DNA of 64,000 nucleotides. Source: a virus (Duplodnaviria > Caudoviricetes). The translations under genes and the position numbers were made by a program. This document shows positions 36,301-45,300 of this stretch, piece after piece. The stretch's first letter is position 1, and every line of letters begins with the position of its first letter. The DNA lies in the IMG/VR virus record IMGVR_UViG_3300028832_000117, positions 34,312-98,311 of that record; one strand, given 5' to 3'. The notes below the pieces were generated by a model. The model made no database searches and had not been told where the DNA came from. It worked only from the letters and a program-made list of their open reading frames with translations.

Positions 36301-39300
36301 CGGGGAGCTGGCGTGCGAGCGTGAACAAAGAACGCACGAACGAGTTGGACACGCGCTTGCGTGCGATATTGGATATGCGCAGATACGTGTCGGGGGTGTC
36401 GTCGGCGATGTCCACGACCGTCTCGTCACCTGTATCCGAGATCCTGAGACGCTCGAGATAGCCATCCGTCGCACACTGCGCCAGATAGGTGCGACGCGGG
36501 TCCTTCTCGTTCCTCGGGCACTCAGGCAAGTTGGCGTACCGTACGGCGCCCTTCGCATTCACGCTGAACATGTAGAGCTTCGCCTTGTCACCATCGTGGT
36601 CGCAGCCGAGTATCGCGTTCGTGTACGGGTCCGGAGACACCATCGCATCCTCGCCCGGCAGCCACGCACGCGTGCCCTGCGGCGCATCCTCGATCTCGCG
36701 CTCCGTCACCGGCAGGCCGGCACGGACCGTCTGGAGCCACATAGACCCGTTGTAGGACGGGGTGCGCGGAAGGCCGAACATGGTTCCGCCGAGGAACACA
36801 TGTTCCTCACCCGTCGCGTCATTGTACACGAGGTCCTGCCCTTCGCACTGGACAGCCGAGTAGTCGAACGACTCGCTGTCGTCCGCTGACACAAACAGGT
36901 CTTCGACGGAATAGGTCGAGAGGTAACGGTCGCCATAGTCCGCAATCGACGTGCCGTGGTGGTCCACGAACATCGAGGCGAACGACTTGCGCGCGGTCTT
37001 CAGCCCGTCCACCGCCTGCTGGTCCTGGGGGTTCTCGTCCACGCGACGCGTCAGGTCGCGAACCTGCTGCGCAGCCCAGGCGATGGCCACGGCGTGCAGA
37101 CGGGCCGGGTTCTTGCCCGCGCGGTCGGTTGCGCGCGCCATGACGTACGCATTCGGGTTCTTCGCCTCGGCGTCCTTCGCGAGGAACCATCCGTAGCGAA
37201 ACCCGTTATTGGATACGTTGACGTTGCACAGCGCCAGACGGCGATTGGTCCCGTAGAACGCGCGCTCCTCGTCGCTGAAGAGCTCCGAGCCCTTGAGCAT
37301 CGCGGCCTCCATACGGCTGGTGGTGTGCACGATCAGCTGGCCGGTCGCATCCAGCGACGCGCCCGCCGCCACCAGCGGAGCGTCGATGCCCTGGAGCGGA
37401 AGGTTGGCCGCCTGACGCGTCTTGGCCATCATCTGACGCGTCATCTCCTCCACCGCGAACTGGCCGGAGAAGGTTCCGTCCGACGTCACGAACTCCCCGT
37501 TGCGGATGAGGTCCGCAAGGGTGTCGTTCATGCGCACGAGAGCCTTGCGGAAGCCAGGATGCGTATACGTGGCAGACGCGAGTATGCCCCAGTTGGCGAG
37601 TAGGCGCTTGAAGCCGTCGGCCGCCTGCGGGGCGGTGAGCCATCCTCCGTCGGCCAGCGTGCGCACCATCGCAAGGGCGTCGATCTCGTAGTTGCGCGGA
37701 GAGCGTCCCGGCTCGGCGGGCACGTTGGACCTGTGCGCGACGTTGGCGACCGTGTACGCCATCGCGGAGTCCTCGCGGTACGACAGGTCGAGCGACGGGC
37801 CCGACCAGCCCTCGAAGACGTTGACCATCGCACCCGGCATGATCTCGGAGAGCTTCATCTCCGACGTGACACCGCGGGCGTTGTCCTTGACGGTGAGCGG
37901 GCCGATTGCGGCGTCCAGCTCGTCCCCGGTCATCTTGTTGTACTTCTTGAACGCCTTGGCGAGCTGGTCACGATCGTACTGTGCAGGAAGCTCGCCGCTC
38001 TCCACGAGGCTCTGGACGAGCCTGCCGAACACGTACGACATGACCGTCGAGTCCTTGCCGCCGTTGACGACGCGAAGACCCTTGGAGTTTCCGGGGCCGA
38101 TCTTGTACGAATCGTCGTCCGTGAACGTGTCCGTCGAGAGGGTGTCGCTTCCGCGGAACTTCTCGGCGTAGTCGAACACGGCACGGGGGGCCGACCCTTC
38201 GCGGAACGATCCGCGCCGGTTGCCCTGGGACACGGTAAGGGACTTGATGAAGAAGAGGTCGCGACCCGCGCCGCCTACGATGTGCACCTTCTTGGTGTTG
38301 GACTCCGGGTCGGCGGACATGTTGCCGATGGCATCGGCGCCGTACCCGAACATGAAGGTGGAACCGAGGAACGCCGCGTTCTTGTCGGCTTCCCTGGTGG
38401 CTGTCCTGAACACGTACTTCGGGTCGTCGTAGTTCCAGTTGTGCAGGATGTGGACACGGTGTTCGCCGTAGTTGCCCTGCGCGTCGACGCCGACGAGCCC
38501 GGTTCCCTGCGCCTCGAGCGACGAGATGGCCGAGCGCTTGGTGTCGGTGAACATGAGGTCCATGCCGACTGCCTTGTAGGCGGCCTTGGCGAAGACCTCG
38601 TAGTCCTTCGCCCCGAAGCGCACCGCAGGCGGCACCTGGATCATCGTGAACGACGAGTGGTCACCGGAGTAGAGCGGGACCCACGACGTCTTGCCGGGGG
38701 CCGCCTGGAACGCGAGGTCGCACGCGTCGTACACCTCGGTGGGTGTCAGGCTGGACGATATGCACTTGGCGCAGACCGGCGTACGGGCGTCGTCCGGCCA
38801 CGTGCCGTCCTGCCGGCACTCGGCCAGCAGTTCGTCGGTCACGTCCGGCCATGCCTGCCTGCAGATCTCGGTGAACGAGCCCTCGCCCTCCTGGTACAGC
38901 CAGCGGGAGAGGAGCGGAACCATCCCGCGCGGGGCCACCACCACGGTCGACGCGGTCTGCTCGCGGGACGAGTCTATCTCGGAGCGCATCATCGTGCGCG
39001 GCATGGCCGCCTCAAACTCGTTGAGGAAGCTCATCAGCGGATCGGTGATGTCGATGCGCGACGGGGCACGCAGAAGGCCCGTGTTGTCAAAACCACCCAT
39101 CATGAACGCAGCGACGAACGTGGACTCGATGTCCGTACGGGTCAGTTCACGACCGCGTGACGCCAACGACTCCACCGCGGACGCAATCGTATTGAGGGCG
39201 TCGATGCCGCGCTCCGTGCGGGACACCGACTCCAGCAATGAGCGACGCATCTCCCTGCCGGCACGGGCCCATGCACGATGCGCCACATGGGACGTGAGCG

Positions 39301-42300
39301 CAATGTAGAGCGGATTGTTGCGGCCGAAGGACTCCGCGAGGAGCTCGGCGACCTTGGCGGCGTTCTCGCGCAACGTCTCGAGGGAATCGTCGCCCTTCCT
39401 GTATGCGGAGACGGACGTGTCGCCCTTCGAGGCGTCGCGCAGCGCCTTCGCGATCTTCTGGAGCTGGTGCGACGACTTGCCGAGCAGCGAATCGAACGCG
39501 TCGCCGATGAGCGTGTCAGAGATCTTTCCGTCGGGTGTGGACGATTTCTCGGACATCAGGCCGTCCACGGAATGGACGGGCGTGGTGGCGACGGAACCGG
39601 AGCAGAGGCCCGCGAAACGGGTACGCGCATTGTCCGGAAGCCCGGACAGGTACACGACCAGGAACGCGGCCTGCGGATCTACCTTGACGAGCGCGTCCAC
39701 CGTCTCCGGGATGTCGGCGCCGGAGAAGCGCTTTAGCACGTCCTTGTGCCGGGCGTCGGCCTGGGCGAGGCTCTTGAGCCCAGGCTGAAGCTGAGGATTG
39801 AGGAGACCATTCAGCAGTTCGTACGCCGGGGCAGTCGCGTCCCAACCGCGCACCCTGCCGCGCATCACGTCCACGAAGCCCATTATGCTGCCGTTCGTCT
39901 CCACGGCCACGCGCCTCAGCAAGGCGGTGAAGTCCGTAAGCGCATCGCTGTTGTACTCGGCCAGAGCACGCTCGTTGAAGTTCTCGGAAGAGCGGTCCTC
40001 GTCGGACTTCTCGTCCTCCTCGAACCCGAAGCTCTCCCCGACGACGGCCACGGAGGCCCAGTCACGTCCGGCGGCGAGACGTGCCGCGTCCAGATCGCGG
40101 AACCCGGCCAGGATGTCCTGGCGCTCGCCTTCGATGAGATGAGGCAGCAGCTGCGACAGACGCGCCAGGAACGAGCTCTCATCGATGTCGTCCACCATGG
40201 ACCTTACGACGAGGCCGGCGGCCAGCTTGGCCTGGCGCGGCGTGAGGCGCCTGCCTCCGTCGTCCGCCGGACGGCCCCAGCGTGCGGTGAATCCGTCCTC
40301 GCGCTTCGACGCCTCCCTGGCGAACGCCTCGGGGACGTCCGCTCCGTTCGGATCATGGGCGATGGTGGCGTCGCCGTCATCCTCGAGCTCCGTCGCGACC
40401 TCGGACACGGTGTCGCGCTCCTCGACGGTCGTTCCGCCGAGGTCCAGCGCATGCAGGCCGGGAGGCGTGGGCATGCCGGTCGCCTCCTCGCGCACGCGGT
40501 CGAAATCGGCCAGGAAGCCCTGCAGCTCCGCCGTGGCGTCCGCGAGCTCGACCTGACCGGCCTGCCTGTCGGCATCCGACACCGGCTCGCCCGCCATCGC
40601 ACGGCGCTCGACGTCTATGAGCTTCTGGCGCAGCTCGGCGACCTTGGCCTCCGACGCGCGAAGCTTCTCCTGCACACTGGCCAGCTCATCCACCTTCTGG
40701 GTGTACGCAGTCTCCGAAGACGCGTCCACACTCCTCTGACGGAGATAGCCGAGCTGCTTGGTTGCAGCAGTGCGTTGCGCATCCGTGGCATTGGGGTCGT
40801 TGGCGACGGCGTTCAGCACCTCGCCCAGGAAGTCCGCCACGGACGTGGACACCGTCAGCTTCCTGTCGACGGCCGCCTTCATCGTGCTGATGAGCCCGCC
40901 GAGGAACGAGAAGTGCTGGCTGGCATCGGCGTGGGCGGATGCGGCTGCACGCGCACGCGCGCGGAGCTCCGCCTGCTCCTCCTCTGTGATGGCGGGGCGG
41001 CCCGTCTTGGACTGCGCCGTCAACTGCTGTATCACGGCATCCAGGAACTGCTCATAGCCCATGCCGGCGGGGAGCGAGGCCTGTACCGCATTGCGCAACG
41101 CATTGACGTTCGCCGTGGCGAGGGCCATCACCTGCGGCACGCCGGTGAGCGACGGGTCGTACATGTCCTTGGCTCCCGGCTTCGCCTCCCAGATGGCGGC
41201 ATCGAGCGCGTTCCCTCCAAGGGTCGTGTTCAGCAGGCCCTCGAACGCGAGGAACGAGGGAGACTGCCACACCTCGGGTGCGATCGTCGCCAACGCACGC
41301 AGCATCGGGTTCGTCGCGTCGTCCGTGGCGCGGAAAAGCCCGAAGGCGTTGGCCAGCGTCGTGAATCCAGCGGATGAAAGACCCGTACCTCTCGAGACCA
41401 CCGTCTTTCCGTTGCGCCTGACGACACGATCCACGTCGTCGCAGCATATGCGGACGAACCACGTCAGCTGTTCGGCGAGCTCGTGGTCGCCGTCCTTCTG
41501 CGCTCGTACGATCGCGGCCTGTGCTATACGTCGCGCATCCGCGACGAAATCCGAAATGACGTTGCCCAGGGAGTCGCGAAGCAGTCTTCCGTTGGACGCA
41601 TACGCATTCATCAGAATGGCGTTGACCACTCCACTCGTTATGTCGGAGTTCACGGACGGATCGACCGTCACGTAGGTATCGGCCGACTTCGGCGATATGC
41701 GACCTGCGCTCATGAGCAGCGTGTAGCGTGAAGGGGCGTAGTCGTGGAACTCCCCGGTGTACGGCCTCAACGCGTCCTTGTGGATCCCCCTCTCTGCGAG
41801 AAGCTCCTCACCGACGGTCATGTACCCGTTCTCCCCGAACAGGTTGTCGTACATCCTGCGGTCCACCGAACCGGGTGCGGCAGTCTTGCCGCGCATCGCA
41901 GCAGCCAGCTCCTTCGCCAGTATCGCCTCGGCCTCGCGCTGGTCGAGGAACCCACCGTCCTCGCCACGGCGCAGCATCGGGTGCGTCTGGGCGGACCTGC
42001 GGTCGCCGAGCCTCTCGTAGTACTCCTTGGCAAGACCAAGCTCGCGGATCATCCAAAACATGTCAGACGACTCGATGACCTTGGCCTGGGTCAGGACGGT
42101 GTGCGCCTCGTCCTGCAGATAGCCGTCCGCGGCCATCGCCGTGCGCAGCGCCTCGATGTCGGTGAACGTGCGTACGTCGCGTTCCTTCGGCGCGTTCTTC
42201 TTGGCTCCGAAATCCACTGCGTACGAACCGTCGTCCTGACGGACCGCCGTCAGAGTCGACGTGCCGTTCGCGGACATGCGCAGCTCGTCGGCGTCCTCGG

Positions 42301-45300
42301 CCAGGATCTCCTTCGAGAAGAACAGGGTGCCTTCCTTGCGGTTGAGACGCATCAACTTGGCCAAACGGAAGATCTTCTCGTTGCGCGCCTTGAGTCCTTC
42401 CTCGGTGCCGTCGAACCTGAGACGGAGCGACTGGGCGACCGACTCGAAGGCGACCTTGTCCACGTCGTCGAAACGCGCCTGGGCGGCGATGTAGTCGATC
42501 ACGTTGTCCGAGACACGGGCCACGGACCTCGCCTCCATCACGGCGCGGAGCGGAGTCTGGCCGTCCAGCGTAACGCGGTACAGCAGGTCCTGTGCGCCAA
42601 TCATGTGCATGGCGGCGTCGTAAAGCGCCACGTCCAGCATGTCCGAACCGGGGGAGAGCGTCATCGCGGAAAGGACCGTGTTGCGTCCGGCGTCGGAGCC
42701 GGTCAGCCTGCGCGTCATGACATCCACGGTGGCCTTCAAAATGTCGCTCTTCACCTTATCGATCTCATCGCCGTGCTGGCGGAACATCTCCTCGAGGCTG
42801 GTCGCCGAGGACTCGTCCACGGACCTGCCGTCCTCCGAGAGCTTGTAGAACATCGGCCTGCCTTCGGTGTCCACGGTGTAGTTCCAGGAACGGCCGTCCT
42901 CGTCCACGTGGGTCGCGGCCCACTGCGCAGCGGCCTCCTCGCGGAGTCGTCCGTCCGAGAACGACCTCAGCTGATGGATCGCAAGGTTCGACGCCATGAT
43001 CTGGCGGGCCCTGAGGTCGAAGCGACGCTGAGTCTCGTCCAGGACATCTTTGGTGGAGGCATTGTCGGGCATTTCCTTGCGAACAGTCGTGAGCTCCTTG
43101 CGGAAGCCTTCGCGAAGGCTGTCGACCACCTGACGGGAGAGCCCCATGTCACGCGCCGTCCACGACGCGGGATTGTATGCGGCAAGAGAGAAGTCTCCGG
43201 TCACGATCGAACCTGCGATGCCGATGAGACGACGGGCGACCTTGCGGAACCCGCTCTCGGACTCGCCCTCCAGCGGCAGCTGGCCCTCGACGAGCTGACG
43301 CGCCAGCGAACTTGCGAAATCGCCAAGGGCCTTCTGGGCGTCCAGCGTCTGGCGTGCCTCGGCCTCGGTCAGCACCGGGGCCCTATCCGCCAAGCCCTCC
43401 GAGGAGAGCGTGCCGTACGTATCGAGCGGCACAGCGATGAGCGCGCCGGCGGTGCTCTTTGCCGCCTCGTCCACGGACTCGAAGAACTTCGCCTGACGCT
43501 CGGCACGGCGCCTCGCCACATCCTGACGGGTTGCAAGCTCCTTGGTGAGCGCTTCGACCGCGACGTTGTCGTTGGCGGCACGTGCGGCCTCCAGACGCGA
43601 CGTGAGGTTCGCGACTTCGTTCTCGTCCTGACGACGTGCATATTCGAACGCGGACTGCGCCTCCGAATACGTCATCTCGCCGACGGTGCTGTGACGCATG
43701 GCGTCGTCGATGACGCCGAGCCGCGCACGCAGCTCCTCCAGACGTCCGCCGCCACCGATGGCCGACATGGCACGCATGGCAAGGCCTCGCGTCGCCATCG
43801 GGAACGCAAAGCCGACCGCCTCGGCGGTAAGCTGGTCCCACCCGGGGTACAGGCCCTTGATGGCTTCCTTGAGGTTAGCTCCAAAGCTGTGCTCGGCCTT
43901 GTCGTCGAGTCCGAAAAGACCTTTGGCGAAATCGGAGTAGCGCTCTTCAAACATTTCGCCGAGGATACCGTCATAGCCCATCTGGTTGAAGACGTTCATC
44001 ACGGTCTCGGGTCCGACCTGGTGCTCCGCCATCCACTTGGCCACCGTATATCTCGCATGCGTCTTGTAGAGGAGATCCTTCTGTCCACGGTCGTACGCCT
44101 GGTCCACGGTCTCCCTGACAAACTTCGCGAAGTCGGAGCCTATCTGCGCACGAGCCTCGGCCGAAAGGCCGGACACGTTGCCGGACATGACGGCCTGACG
44201 CACCGCGGACATGCCCGCTGCGTCCGTCATGCCGAGCCGCTCGGCCACCAGCTGCGCCTCCTGCCCGACCATGCGCTTCCTGAACGTATCACGCGTGCCG
44301 AACCTGTCGAGCATGAACTTGCGCAGGCGTCCACCGATCGTATACGCATCAGCGCCATCGACCGGCAACGCGGTGCCAGTGGGCGAGATCGCCGTCGCAA
44401 GCGGACGCACCAGTCCCTTCATGCCGAGACGCTCGAGACCGATGCCTCCCGCAGCGAGAAGGCTCTTGAAGCCCGCACCCGTATTCTCGGAAATGTATTC
44501 GAGCAGGTTGATGCCGGTCGCGATCGACTCGGCGTTCTCCATGAGGGCGCGGTTGCCCGTCATGAGCGCCGACGTCTGCAGCGCAAGCTGGCTGTCGGTG
44601 ACGACGCGCCCGTCCTGCCCCGCGAGCGGAGCCACGACGGCCTCGGTGACGGTGGCCTTCGGGAGCATGAGCACCGCACCCTTGACCGGAGCCTCGATCG
44701 TGAATACCCCCATGGCGTCCGCCAGAGCACGACCTGCGGTGGAGTGCCTCGTGAAAAGTTTGGTCGCCTCCTCGGTGCCCCACGACCCGTAGTCCATAAG
44801 ACCGCGGGATATGTGGCTTCCGGCCCACTGCGTAAAGGTGCTGAACCCGTTGGAGAGGGCCGTACCACCACGACGGGCAACCAGCTTCTCCATCTCGTAC
44901 TTCGCACGGTTCTCGGCCATCGCCTGCAACGCATCGTCGCTGAAGCCTTTGTACATGTGTGCCGCATCCGCCGACTTCATGTAGCCGAACAGCTGCGTGG
45001 CGACGCTCTTCGTGACGGCCTTGCCCTCCGCGGATGCGGCGAAGTCCGCGAGGCTCTTCGCACCCTGCTTCGCGAGCGCCTTCTCCGTCAGGTCCTCGAC
45101 CGCTTCGCGCGCCAGGATCTTCGTACCGCGTGTAAGCCCAAGATGAATGCCGCCCTCGGTCGCGGCGACCGCCGCCCCGCGTCCGGCCGCCGCCAGGCCT
45201 CCGGACGCCCACATCTCGACCATGAACCCAGGGGCCGCACGGACGATGCTGCCGACCGTCGCACCCCAGCTGCCCTCGGCGTCACGCTCCTGCTTCGCCA